A stretch of 61,444 nucleotides of DNA, counting the filler, from Chloroflexota bacterium (lineage in GTDB: Bacteria > Chloroflexota > Chloroflexia > QHBQ01): assembly GCA_043754535.1 (NCBI GenBank). It is 6 parts of 6 records of this genome, joined end to end, with 100 filler letters (N's around TTAATTAATTAA, not from the genome) between each part and the next. Parts side by side here need not be neighbours in the genome. Positions count along the whole stretch, not along the records: positions 39,945 to 52,881 come from JAYUUN010000060.1; positions 52,982 to 57,192 come from JAYUUN010000061.1; positions 57,293 to 61,444 come from JAYUUN010000063.1; 3 more parts are not named here. One strand, 5' to 3'. Below, piece after piece: positions 47,799-58,054 of the stretch. The number at the start of each line of letters is the position of its first letter. Within the stretch, counting starts at the first letter, position 1. A model generated the notes under the pieces. It was given only the letters and a program-made list of their open reading frames with translations, ran no database searches and was not told where the DNA came from. Position numbers and translations under genes: made by a program.

Positions 47799-48149
47799 CT
47801 TTTTGCTTTCTGCTGAAAGCGGTTGGCTGTCGGTCGCTCTGTTGCGGCTCGTCCACCAATCTCGCTTGTAGGATAGGACAGCGGTAGTGAGCAGACTGTT
47901 TCAGCAGCGCAGCGAAACATACGCGGCTCTAATACAAGCCACCTGATCCTATGTGCAGGGTTGCTGTAGTGCGTACGAGGCCGAACGGTTGCTAAGGGTT
48001 GCTGCTTGCCAAAGCGGTTCCTGCTAGCTACGCCCTGCGAGCCAGTCCGCCAGTGCCAACCCGCTCTTTAGTAGCCATAACTCGGCCCCATCTCGGCTGA
48101 TGGGAACTACGATCCGCTGGCCGCTCAAACTGAGCGACTGCCTGCGCCG

Positions 48150-48755
48150 TCAGGTGAGACCGTACTCGCAGGCTAGCTCGTCCAACACCTCCGCCGCTTT
48201 GAAGGCGGCACGGGCGCGGTGGCTGATTACCGCCTTCTCCTCTGGGGCGATCTCGGCATAGGTCTGGCCCAGGGCGGGTACCTCGAATATCGGGTCATAG
48301 CCGAAGTCAAAGCTGCCACGTGGAGCGCGGGTGATCAGCCCCTCGGCTACCCCTTCGCAGAACCACTGCCGCTGGCCGTCGGGCGCGACCAGGCAGATCA
48401 CCGAAACGAAGCGGGCGGTACGCTCTGCGTCTGGCACATCCTTGAGCAGCCCCAGCAGGTGAGTGTAGCGATCCTCGTCGCTGCCAGGGAAGATGCGTGC
48501 GCTGTAGACCCCTGGCTGGCCGCCCAGTGCGTCCACCGCCAACCCACTGTCGTCGGCGAGGGTTAGCAGGCCACTGATCTGCTGGTAGGCGTGCGCTTTC
48601 AATGCAGCATTTGCCTTGAAAGTCGTCCCGGTCTCCTCCACATCCTGGGTGATGCCCACCTCTGACAGGGAGACTAGCTCGAAGGGTAGGTTGGCAAAGA
48701 GGCGTTGCAGTTCGTGCAGCTTCTTCGGGTTGGTAGTCGCAATTAGCAGCTTCAT
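48150..48755 (-). CDS. rdgB: dITP/XTP pyrophosphatase
   Basis: ATTNPKK, ADDSGL, PGVYSAR, FGYDPIF, SHR. Confidence 0.95.
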   Translation of the reverse strand: MKLLIATTNPKKLHELQRLFANLPFELVSLSEVGITQDVEETGTTFKANAALKAHAYQQISGLLTLADDSGLAVDALGGQPGVYSARIFPGSDEDRYTHLLGLLKDVPDAERTARFVSVICLVAPDGQRQWFCEGVAEGLITRAPRGSFDFGYDPIFEVPALGQTYAEIAPEEKAVISHRARAAFKAAEVLDELACEYGLT

Positions 48756-48826
48756 GTTACCTTCGGCTCCTCCAATGGGTTACAATATCGTCAGAGGTTA
48801 TTATATCAAATCAGAGGAGGTTGCTG

Positions 48827-49531
48827 ATGGACGAAAAGCCAGCAGAAGGGAACCGCATTCGTCTACAGGAGATAGCCGACGACTTGCGGGCGATGGCTGT
48901 CAACGGCCTGCACTATGGCGACAACGAGTACGATCATGCCCGCTACCAACGCATCCTACACTTGGCCGCCGAATTGCTGGCGATCACCGACAGCAGGGCG
49001 GTAGACGAGATCAAGCGCGAGTTCAGCGGGCGGATCGCGGTGACGACCCCAATTGTTGGCGTAGACGCAGCGGTGTTTGACGAGCAGGGGCGCATCCTGC
49101 TGATCCAGCGGGCCGACAATAGTCTGTGGGCGATGCCTGGTGGGGCCGCCGATGTTGGCGAGTCGCCCGCTGAGGGAGCGGTACGCGAGGCCTGGGAGGA
49201 GACTGGCCTGCGGGTACGACCGCTGCGCCTGCTAGGGGTCTACGACTCGCGCAAGGCCCAGGGTAGCAGCCCCCTACAAATCTACCACCTCACCTTCCAC
49301 TCTGCGCTAGTAAGCGGCACCTTGACTACGACCAATGAGACGTTGGCCTTTGGCTACTTCGCGGTGGACGAGCTGCCACCGCTGGCAGGCAGCCATCGCT
49401 ACCGCGTCCCCCGCGCCTTCCGCCTGGTAGCGGAGGGTGGCACCGACTGGCAGTTACCCCGCTGCGGCCCGCCCTCAAGCCAGGGTCAGGAGGTCGAGCA
49501 GGCCGTCAGGCTAGAGAGGCGCGCCCGCTAG
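48827..49531 (+). CDS. Nudix hydrolase with N-terminal helical domain
   Basis: GLHY..NEYD..RY; Nudix box PGGAADVGESPAEGAVREAWEETG. Confidence 0.9.
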   Translation: MDEKPAEGNRIRLQEIADDLRAMAVNGLHYGDNEYDHARYQRILHLAAELLAITDSRAVDEIKREFSGRIAVTTPIVGVDAAVFDEQGRILLIQRADNSLWAMPGGAADVGESPAEGAVREAWEETGLRVRPLRLLGVYDSRKAQGSSPLQIYHLTFHSALVSGTLTTTNETLAFGYFAVDELPPLAGSHRYRVPRAFRLVAEGGTDWQLPRCGPPSSQGQEVEQAVRLERRAR

Positions 49532-49609
49532 CTCCCCTCGGCGGTCGGTGCTTTGGCAACGAAAAGGGCAGCCCGCCATCTAGCGGACTGCCCCGATTGG
49601 CGCAAGTGA

Positions 49610-52351
49610 CTAGCCCCTGCGCTTGACCTTACCAGTGTAGTTGCTGTTGCCATTGCCGTTGCTGCCGTTGCTACCGTTGTGGCGGCTATTGCCTCCGCCG
49701 CTGTCGTCGTCATCACCAGGGGCGATGCCGACCCCGCTCACTGCCCCTTCGCTACCGTCAACTGGCCCGCTCGTCTTGCTACCCAGCCTGGGAGTACGAG
49801 CGACAGCGCGGGCGGCAGCCCCTAGCTCCATCGTCAACTGGGCTACATCGCTGAAGCTACCATCATCGTTGACGGTCAGGCCGCCCTTGCCTGGTTCCTC
49901 GGCGGGCATTCGGGTGATGCTGGCAACGCCATCACCATCCTTCAGGTTCATCACCTGCACGCCCTGCGCGTCGCGGCCAAAGCGGTTGATCCCGCTGGTA
50001 AACATCCTGATCACCACGCCGCTCGTGCTGATTACTACCAGGTCGTCGTTGTCGTCCACCACCAGGGCGGCGCAGATTTGGCCCGTCTTCGGTGTCACCT
50101 TCATCGCCCGAATACCCGAACCAGCCCGACCCTGGGAGCGGTACTCCTCCAAAGCAGTACGCTTACCCAGCCCCTTCTCGCTAACCACCAACAAGTCGGC
50201 ATTGGGCCGTACTACGTCTACCGAACACACCTCGTCGCCAGCCTCAAGGCGGATCGCATTGACCCCGACCGCTACGCGGCCCATCGAGCGCAGCTCCTCC
50301 TCAGCAAAGCGGATCGATTGGCCTTCCTTAGTGACAAGGATCAGGTCGCTCTCGCCCTTAGTCATCAACACGCCCGTTAGTTCGTCGCCTTCCTCAAGCA
50401 CCAGAGCGATGATGCCGTTGCTGCGGACGCTGCTGTACTCACTCAGTGGAGTGCGCTTGATCTTGCCCAGCCTGGTCGCCAGCACCAGGTACTTGGCGGT
50501 GTTGAAGTCGCTGACCGCAATTACGCCGGTGATCTTCTCGTTCTGTTCGATAGAGATGAGGTTGATCAGCGGCAACCCCTTCGCGGTGCGGCTAGCGTCC
50601 GGCACCTCGTGGGCCTTCAGTTGGAACACGCGCCCACGGTTGGTGAAGAACAGCAGACTGTCGAGCGTGTTGCAGAGCATCAGGTGTTCTACCGCGTCCA
50701 TGTCGCGAGTGACCATGCCAGTCACCCCCTTGCCACCCCGATGCTGACGGCGGTATGTGTCGTTAGGCAGCCGCTTGATGTAGCCACGGTTGGTGATCGT
50801 AACCAACACCTTGATGTCGGGGATCAGGTCGTCGTCGCTGAAGTCGCCCAGTTCCTCATCGGTGATGCGGGTGCGTCGCTCGTCACCGTACTTCTCCTTC
50901 AGTTCCTTGAGGTCTTGCTTGATCACGCTGTAAATCTTCTTTGGGCTGGCAAGCAGATCGTCCAAGAACTTGATCGTCTTCAGTACCTCCGCGTACTCCT
51001 CGTCGATCTTCTTGCGCTCCAAAGCGGCTAGGCGGGCCAGGCGCAAGTCGAGGATCGCCTGAGCCTGCAACTCGCTCAACTTGAAGTTGGTTTGCAGATT
51101 GCGGCGGGCAGTCTCGCTAGTCTGGCTGCGGCGGATGGTGTCGATCACCCCATCCAGGTTGGCAAGAGCGACGCGTAGCCCTTCAAGGATGTGGGCGCGG
51201 GCCTTCGCCTTGTCCAGTTCAAATTGGGTACGGCGGGTGATCACCTCATGGCGGTAGTCAATATACTGCTGCATGAAGTGCTTGAGGGTGAGGACGCGGG
51301 GTTGATTGCCGTCTACCAGGGCCAGCATATTTACACCAAAGGTCGTCTGCATCTGGGTGAACTTGAACAACTGGTTCAGCACCTTGCGGGGCTGGGCTTC
51401 GCGCTTGAGTTCAACTACGAAGCGAATACCATTGCGGTCAGACTCGTTGCGGGCGTTAGAGACCCCATCCAGCTTGCCACCCACCACCAACTCGGCGATC
51501 CGATCCTTGAGGGCTTCCTTGCTGGTCATGTAAGGCATCTCAGTGACAACGATGTTGTAGCGACCACCACGGGCTTCCTCAATGTAAGCCTTTGCGCGCA
51601 GGATGATGCGCCCCTTGCCCGTGCTGTACGCCTCATTGATCCCCGCTCGCCCCACGATAATGCCGCCGGTGGGGAAGTCTGGGCCAGGGACGAACTTGAT
51701 CAAGTCTTCTACCGCTGCGTCTGGGTTGTCGATCAGGTAGGTAATCGCATCGGCCACCTCACTCAGATTGTGAGGGGGGATATTGGTTGCCATGCCGACT
51801 GCGATCCCGCTTGCGCCGTTGAGCAGCAGGTTGGGTAGCTTGGCGGGCATCACCAGCGGCTCCTTAAGCGAGCCATCGAAGTTGGGGCCAAAGTCTACCG
51901 TGTTCTTCTCCAGGTCGGCCAGCATCTCATCAGCCAGGCTAGAGAGGCGCGCCTCGGTGTAGCGCATGGCAGCGGGGCCGTCACCGTCTACGCTGCCGAA
52001 GTTACCCTGACCCTCAACCAGCATATAGCGCAGCGACCACTCCTGGGCCATACGGGCCATTGCGTCATAAACTGCCGAGTCGCCGTGCGGGTGGTACTTG
52101 CCCAGCACTTCGCCGACGATACGCGCACTCTTTTTGAAGGCACCAGTGTGGCGCATCCCCAGGTCACTCATCGCAAACAGGATGCGCCGCTGACCAGGCT
52201 TGAGGCCGTCGCGCACATCGGGCAGGGCGCGGCTGACGATCACGCTCATGGCGTAATCGAGATAGCTGCGCTTCATCTCGTCGACGATGGAGACCGGCTT
52301 GATGTCGGAGCCCGGCTGAACGGGACTTGCAGGATTTTTGGGGTCGGCCAA
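49610..52351 (-). CDS. gyrA: DNA gyrase subunit A
   Basis: [41 protein letters not shown], GyrA box QHRGGKG. Confidence 0.97.
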   Translation of the reverse strand: MADPKNPASPVQPGSDIKPVSIVDEMKRSYLDYAMSVIVSRALPDVRDGLKPGQRRILFAMSDLGMRHTGAFKKSARIVGEVLGKYHPHGDSAVYDAMARMAQEWSLRYMLVEGQGNFGSVDGDGPAAMRYTEARLSSLADEMLADLEKNTVDFGPNFDGSLKEPLVMPAKLPNLLLNGASGIAVGMATNIPPHNLSEVADAITYLIDNPDAAVEDLIKFVPGPDFPTGGIIVGRAGINEAYSTGKGRIILRAKAYIEEARGGRYNIVVTEMPYMTSKEALKDRIAELVVGGKLDGVSNARNESDRNGIRFVVELKREAQPRKVLNQLFKFTQMQTTFGVNMLALVDGNQPRVLTLKHFMQQYIDYRHEVITRRTQFELDKAKARAHILEGLRVALANLDGVIDTIRRSQTSETARRNLQTNFKLSELQAQAILDLRLARLAALERKKIDEEYAEVLKTIKFLDDLLASPKKIYSVIKQDLKELKEKYGDERRTRITDEELGDFSDDDLIPDIKVLVTITNRGYIKRLPNDTYRRQHRGGKGVTGMVTRDMDAVEHLMLCNTLDSLLFFTNRGRVFQLKAHEVPDASRTAKGLPLINLISIEQNEKITGVIAVSDFNTAKYLVLATRLGKIKRTPLSEYSSVRSNGIIALVLEEGDELTGVLMTKGESDLILVTKEGQSIRFAEEELRSMGRVAVGVNAIRLEAGDEVCSVDVVRPNADLLVVSEKGLGKRTALEEYRSQGRAGSGIRAMKVTPKTGQICAALVVDDNDDLVVISTSGVVIRMFTSGINRFGRDAQGVQVMNLKDGDGVASITRMPAEEPGKGGLTVNDDGSFSDVAQLTMELGAAARAVARTPRLGSKTSGPVDGSEGAVSGVGIAPGDDDDSGGGNSRHNGSNGSNGNGNSNYTGKVKRRG

Positions 52352-52528
52352 GAAGGCGGATTCCTTGCGCGGAAAAAGACTGTTGTCTGTCTATCCGATT
52401 CCCCCCGCCCGCGCCAGCGCCAACGGCAGCATCTGGCAACGTAGAAGGCCTTGAATTGCAGAGACTTTCAGCAACCAACGACGTTGCGGGCAGGCGGACA
52501 AACTCTGCCCGCAGGCCCGCGCGTTGGA

Positions 52529-52881
52529 TCAGAACGGGATGTCGTCGTCGATGGGAGCGCTTGAGCGTCCGCCGCCAACTGCCGCGGGGCGCCTCTCCGG
52601 CGCACGCTCCATGGGGGACGACCGGCCAAAGCTGGCGCTTTCGTCACCACCACCGCCATAGGATGCGCGATCTTCACTTTCCCGGCGCCCGTCCAGCAAG
52701 GTCATGTTGCTGTTGAAACCCTGCAAAACGACGTCCGTCGTATACCGGTCGTTGCCATCCTTGTCCTGCCATTTGCGAGTTTGCAACTTGCCCTCGATAT
52801 AGACCTTGCTGCCCTTGCGTAGAAACCGCTCGGCAACCGATACTAGGCCGTCGCTGTTCAAGGTTACGCTATGCCATTCGG
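52529..52881 (-). CDS. ssb: Single-stranded DNA-binding protein, 5' truncated
   Basis: [26 protein letters not shown]-terminal DDDIPF. Confidence 0.95.
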
Positions 52882-52981
52882 NNNNNNNNNNNNNNNNNNN
52901 NNNNNNNNNNNNNNNNNNNNNNNNNTTAATTAATTAANNNNNNNNNNNNNNNNNNNNNNNNNNNNNNNNNNNNNNNNNNNN

Positions 52982-53481
52982 ACCGTGCCAGCCCAGGTTA
53001 ATGACCTCGCGCCGACCGAGATTGTCGAGGTGGACGAGTTGTTCAGCTTCGTCGCTAAAAAAAAGAACCAGTCTACATAGTAGCAGCGGTGAGTCGAGCT
53101 ACACGGCTGATCGTTGGCTGTGAGGTGGTCGAACACCGTGATCATGCGACCATGCAGCAGTTTGTAGCGGGGCTACCCCAAGCTGAACGATACTACACTG
53201 ATGGGTTCAGCACCTATCCTGGGTTGGATTGGCCGGAGGGTGGTCAGCATCTGGTCAGCATCGGCAAAGCGAACACGTTTACAGTGGAAGGGATGAACGC
53301 TCAGTTCCGGCAGTACCTCGGCCCGCAGCGGCGACGTACCCGAGGGTTTGCCAAGAAGATCGAGAACCTGCGAGAGCTAGTAAGCTGGTTTGTGTACCAC
53401 TGGAACGCACGACAACGTTTGTACTTGAGCAACCGTAAGTTGAAGGGTAAGTTGAGTCTACGAACTTGCTGATGTTATACC
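52982..53481 (+). mobile_element. IS1-family element, 3' part, with -1 frameshifted transposase
   Basis: Frame 0 EIVEVDELFSFVAKK, then A8G (53057-53065), then -1 frame YIVAAVSRATRLIVG..YYTDG..NTFTVEGMNAQFRQYL..RRTRGFAK. Right end reads GGTATAACATCAGC inward from 53481. Confidence 0.85.
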
Positions 53482-53841
53482 TACTGGCTTCTGCCAGTCC
53501 CACACTTTGGATGGTTGCACCAAGTCTATACCGCCTACTACCTCATACCATGATCTTAGTGACATAGGTAGGTAAATGTTATCTGCCTCCCATTCGTTGA
53601 TTATAATACGAATGTTAGTCTCGGGTGGTTCATAAACGTCGTCAAAGGAGGTTGTATTAACAGACTTTAGTCTCGCTACTACTGCACCAACATTGTATTT
53701 GACTCTACTCATAGTCTCCCTTGCTACAACTAGTGCGTCGTTGTACGAACTGTTACTGGGCAAAAGAGTTCCAAGTGCGATCAAATCAGACCAAACTTGC
53801 TGGTGTTCACCTGCAAGATAACGCTCTAGGTAGGTTCCCAA
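53482..53841 (-). pseudogene. SMI1/KNR4 (SUKH)-like protein truncated by IS1
   Basis: TYLERYLAGEHQQVW, ARETMSRV, LPMSLRSWYEVVGG; reading frame runs into the IS end and stops; visibly AT-richer than the flanks. Confidence 0.55.
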
Positions 53842-54364
53842 TCGCTTAGTTACCTCATGGTTTATAAAGTAGTAGATGTTGTTCTTGATTCAGTTAGAAA
53901 GTAGAAAACCAAAACAACAACTTTCTATGTGGGGTTTGGATAAAGCCGCATACATCCTGACCGGGTTGCTGCCGCGTCGTCCACACGGACACTGATACTG
54001 CTGCTCGATGCGCGCCGCCAACCTGCGTAGGTCGGTTCGAGCCTGACTCAGCTTTGCCTTAGCTTCGGCTACTGCCCGATCAGGCGCGGCGGTCTTGGCT
54101 TCAGCTGCTCTGGCAAGCTGGGTGTAGTAGCCAGCCTGCGCTCAGCGTAGCTCGTGGTCGCGGCCTTGTGGCTGCGCCTGCTCGTACCTTCTGGCCCAAC
54201 AGGTGTACTGCTCAGCAAGCTCTCGCGCTGCTTCCCCTTTCGCATGGGCTGTGGCGGCGACTGTCTGCAAGTAGGCTAGTTCAGCTTGGGGGTAGCTCGT
54301 CAGTCTGCACATCGTCGCTCATCGTCGTCACCTCTCTGTAGTCTAGCTCCCGTGCAGCATTATA

Positions 54365-55804
54365 CTAGCGAGGGTCAGGCGGCCAGGGTGGGGCTAGCGG
54401 CTGCTCGTCCGCGCCCGGCCCATCTTTGAGGGACGGCAGCCGCCCGCACAACGAATTGTCCGCCGTCGAGCGGAAGTCGCTGCTGGTAAGCTCATAGAGG
54501 GCGTTGTAAGCATCATCATGGGGACTACCAATTGTTCCTCTACGTGCTGGTTGTTCAGCCACCGCTAGCAACGCCTGCCGCAACTCCCCACCCTGGTCGC
54601 CAAGCCACTTCGTCACCACCACCAGCACAGCTTTGCGTACACCATTATCGCTGTCGTTCAGCATCACCAGTAGACGTTGCACAACCGCCGGGGTGCGGCT
54701 CACCTCCCGACGGCCCAGTTCACCGACGGCGGCGGTTCTCAGCTTGTAACCCTTAGCATCGAGGTTGGCAAGCAGCCAATCATCGCTGGAGTTCGCAAGC
54801 CCCTCAGCCGCCAGTGCTGGGTTGTCAGGGACGAGGTCAGCCAGCACATACGCAGCAGTGGCCTGTATCTCTGCATCATCGTTGCCTGCCAGCCTGGTTA
54901 GCAACTCAGCCGCCAGTGCTGGGTTGTCACGGGCGAGGTCAGCCAGCACATACGCAGCAGTGGCCCGTACCTCTGCATCATCGTCACCAGCCAGCCTGGT
55001 TAGCAACTCAGCCGCCAGTACTGGGTTGTTGGGGGCAAGGCTAGCCAGCGCATACGCAACAGCAGAGCGCACCTCTGCATCATCGTCGCCTGCCAGTCTA
55101 AGCAGGCTGGTGGCTACATCTGGGCTGGTGTCCTGCAACCAGCGTATAGCATAGACTGCGTAGCGACGGATGATCGGCTGTTGGTCGCTGGCTCGTTGGC
55201 TAAAGGCGGCGGCAAGTTCCCGGCTCAGGTCACTGCCTACCAACCGTTCCAACGCCTCATTAAGCTGGCGTTGGAGCAGACTGTAGCGGCCTCTGCTGTC
55301 ATCTTTATCTACGTCAAGGTAGAGGTCAACCGTCTGCTTGATCAGCAGGAGGCGCGCTTTCGGTTGCAGGGTGATGCCGTCGGCGCAGGCACGCAGGGCA
55401 AGGAGCAGGTCGCGGTGGAACAGCCGCTCATCGTACTCCTCGCGGTCGGGCAGCGGGTCGCGCTGGGGGTCGAGGCAGAGTTCATAGAGCAGTTCGCTGC
55501 CATCGTTGGCCGAGCCTTTGGCGACATAACCGAGCGCAAGCAGGATCGGCTCCTGCCAGCGGGGGTCGTGCAGGTGTCGGCGCAGGCGCGACAGGCGGGT
55601 GCGGGCGGTCTCAACCAGATAGCGGGCGGCAAAATACTCCTCAAAGGTCAGGTGCATGAAGCCGTACTGCTTGGGCGCACGCTCAACAAACAGGCCGGTC
55701 GCCTCGCGCACCCGCCGCAGCAACTCCGCCGCCGCCGCCTGCTGCCTGTAGCCGCGTTGGTCGTCCAGCCCGCCGCGTTGCTCGGCCAACAGCGCGCCGA
55801 TCAC
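54365..55804 (-). CDS. C-terminal half of a NACHT protein: winged helix plus HEAT repeats
   Basis: YGFMHLTFEEYFAA, WQEPILL, repeated LAGDDDAEVRA.AAY.LA. Confidence 0.85.
   Translation of the reverse strand: MIGALLAEQRGGLDDQRGYRQQAAAAELLRRVREATGLFVERAPKQYGFMHLTFEEYFAARYLVETARTRLSRLRRHLHDPRWQEPILLALGYVAKGSANDGSELLYELCLDPQRDPLPDREEYDERLFHRDLLLALRACADGITLQPKARLLLIKQTVDLYLDVDKDDSRGRYSLLQRQLNEALERLVGSDLSRELAAAFSQRASDQQPIIRRYAVYAIRWLQDTSPDVATSLLRLAGDDDAEVRSAVAYALASLAPNNPVLAAELLTRLAGDDDAEVRATAAYVLADLARDNPALAAELLTRLAGNDDAEIQATAAYVLADLVPDNPALAAEGLANSSDDWLLANLDAKGYKLRTAAVGELGRREVSRTPAVVQRLLVMLNDSDNGVRKAVLVVVTKWLGDQGGELRQALLAVAEQPARRGTIGSPHDDAYNALYELTSSDFRSTADNSLCGRLPSLKDGPGADEQPLAPPWPPDPR
54803..55105. 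repeat. About three near-identical 102-bp tandem repeats encoding 34-aa HEAT units
   Basis: CTCAGCCGCCAGT recurs at 54803, 54905 and 55007. Confidence 0.9.
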
Positions 55805-57192
55805 GGCGTGGCTTCGTCATAAGTCACGGTGCCGTCGGGCCGGTTGGCGTGCATACAATAAGCCAGCGTGGTCAGCACCGCCTCGACTTCATCCTTCTCC
55901 AGAAACTTGGCCGCCGCCTTATCAGGGTTGTGCTTGAGCCAGCGTTCGATCAGCGTGTCAGCGACTATGGTGTACAACTCAATGCGGCGGTTGGGTAGAC
56001 GCATCCCCTCGCGGTGGATCAGGGCAAGGATAGTTAGGAGCAGCGGGTTGACCACCAGCCGCCGCACCCCCTCGTTCTTGACCGCCAGCAACAATGCGCC
56101 GCTCTCGCGCTCAGCCCGCTCGGCGATCACCTCGTCGCCAGCCTTGTCGTCCATGAAGCGTTCGACGGCGGGACACCACTGGTTGATGAAGGCAGCGATC
56201 TCGTCATCATTCATTGCCGCAAGGGTGTACTCGGCGAAGTCGCTACCCAGCGGGGCCGCAACGTAGCCTTGAATACGGCTGCTGACCACGAAGCGGTTGC
56301 CCGCCCCCTGCCACTCGCGGACGAAAGCCTCAATATTGTTGCGGACGCTCTCCCGCTCTCTAGGGCTGGTGATTTCGTCCAGCCCGTCGAGTAGCACAAG
56401 GCAGAGGCCATGCTCAAGCAGTTGCTCAAATATCTGAGCCAGCAGCCTCTCGTCCACCTTACACTGCTTGTTGATGTACCAGACCGCCAGAAAGTCGCGC
56501 AGGCTGGCCGTGCCGTTGCGCGCCAGATTGGTCGCATAGTCAGCGATGCGGATGTAAATCGGCAGGCGTAGGTCGTCACTGACTCCGCTCCCCAGCAGCA
56601 CGTCGCGCATAGCGGCGGCCCGCTTGTAGGCAAGGTGGCGTAGCAGGGTAGTCTTGCCCCCGCCGGGGTCGCCGAGGAAGATAACCAGCGGCTCCTGCGC
56701 GACTACCTGCTGAAGATCGGTGCGCCGGATGGTGAGCGACTCAACCAGCCCGCGCCGTGCCTGCTCAAGCAACTGCTCCCGCTGCTCAAGGCTGATGTTG
56801 GCGTGGAACAACCGATTGCGTTCCGCTCTAAGCAGGCGGTTGCGGTCAGCTTGTCCAGGCGTGTAAGTGGCGGTGAGGTAAGCGAACACCTTGTCCATTG
56901 GCAACTGCACCGCCCGCGTGGTTTGGATGACCCCGCGTGCGTCAATGTAGTTGTTGTTGGCGATCACGTGTTGCAGGTAGCTGATCAATGCTGCTCGCAA
57001 CTGTTGGTCGTCGGCAGCAGTAGGGTTATTGAATATCTGGATGAAGGTGTGGTCGCCGGTGGTTACTACCTGCGTCGTGATGCGGTAGTTGGTGATATTG
57101 GAGTAGGGACGGGTCACTTTGAGGGCGGCCAGTTCGGTCTTGACCAGTTCGGCAATGACGTTTAGCTGATGGGGCAGGTCACGCTGTAGCTG
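55801..57192 (-). CDS. NACHT NTPase N-terminal half (5' truncated; frame open to the contig end)
   Basis: Walker A GDPGGGKTT, Walker B LVLLDGLDE, SSR..GY, NPLLLTILA. Confidence 0.9.
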   Translation of the reverse strand, partial: QLQRDLPHQLNVIAELVKTELAALKVTRPYSNITNYRITTQVVTTGDHTFIQIFNNPTAADDQQLRAALISYLQHVIANNNYIDARGVIQTTRAVQLPMDKVFAYLTATYTPGQADRNRLLRAERNRLFHANISLEQREQLLEQARRGLVESLTIRRTDLQQVVAQEPLVIFLGDPGGGKTTLLRHLAYKRAAAMRDVLLGSGVSDDLRLPIYIRIADYATNLARNGTASLRDFLAVWYINKQCKVDERLLAQIFEQLLEHGLCLVLLDGLDEITSPRERESVRNNIEAFVREWQGAGNRFVVSSRIQGYVAAPLGSDFAEYTLAAMNDDEIAAFINQWCPAVERFMDDKAGDEVIAERAERESGALLLAVKNEGVRRLVVNPLLLTILALIHREGMRLPNRRIELYTIVADTLIERWLKHNPDKAAAKFLEKDEVEAVLTTLAYCMHANRPDGTVTYDEATP

Positions 57193-57292
57193 NNNNNNNN
57201 NNNNNNNNNNNNNNNNNNNNNNNNNNNNNNNNNNNNTTAATTAATTAANNNNNNNNNNNNNNNNNNNNNNNNNNNNNNNNNNNNNNNNNNNN

Positions 57293-58054
57293 AGCAACCC
57301 AGGGGATGTTGTGCTAGACCCCTTCTGCGGCTGCGGCACGGCAGTGGTGGCGGCGGAGAAGCTGGGGCGCGGCTGGCTGGGGATCGACATCACCAGCCTG
57401 GCAATCGGGGTGATCGAGAAGCGCATTCGCCAGACCTACCCCGACGCTAGCTTTGGCGTAGTCGGCCTGCCCGACAGCCCTGAGGACGCGCTAGAACTGG
57501 CCGCCCGCGACAAGTACGAGTTCCAGGACTGGGTGGTGTTGAAGCTGGGCGGTCAGCCGATCCACGAGGATGCAGCCCGCCCTGGCAAGAGCAAGAAGGG
57601 GGCGGACGGTGGCATAGACGGCGTGATTTACTTCGAGGATGGTGGCAAGCCGCGCAAAGTGATCATCTCGGTCAAGGGCGGTCAGAACGTTGGCGTGGGC
57701 ATGATGCGCGACCTGGCAGGCACGGTTGAGCGGGAGCAAGCGGCTATCGGCGTGCTGGTGCTGGCGGCGGAGCCAACCCGCCCGATGACCCAGGAGGCGC
57801 AGGTGGCCGCGCCATACGAGAGCAGCTACATCATGCGCGGCCACGAGCAGAGCTACCCACGCCTGCAAATAATCACCGCTGCCGACCTGATCGCGGGCAA
57901 GGGGGTGGAGATGCCACCGCACTACGAAGCGCAGACGATGCAGACCGCCACCCGTGGCGAGCGGCCACGCGGCAAGCAGCTGAGCCTGCTCGGTGGCGAA
58001 GCAGCAGACGAGTTAGCCTGGCGCACGGGCAACCTGCCCCACAAAGGAGAACTG
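57293..58054 (+). CDS. C-terminal part of a DNA methyltransferase fused to an Mrr-like endonuclease domain; no stop before lipB
   Basis: Motif I VLDPFCGCGT, WLGIDI; FQDW, GADGGIDG..ISVKGG; QLSLL near the end. Confidence 0.85.

Noticed and set aside
52060..52100. Quinolone-resistance change in GyrA
   Set aside because: HGDSAVYD retains the Ser and Asp equivalents
3414..52444. Numerous long antisense or alternate-frame ORFs (e.g. 3414-4436, 5940-6968, 49641-50747)
   Set aside because: Expected shadows of high-GC genes; no motifs or RBS
54803..55105. Tandem repeats as a CRISPR array
   Set aside because: No unique spacers; period is a multiple of 3 and encodes HEAT units; no cas genes in the window
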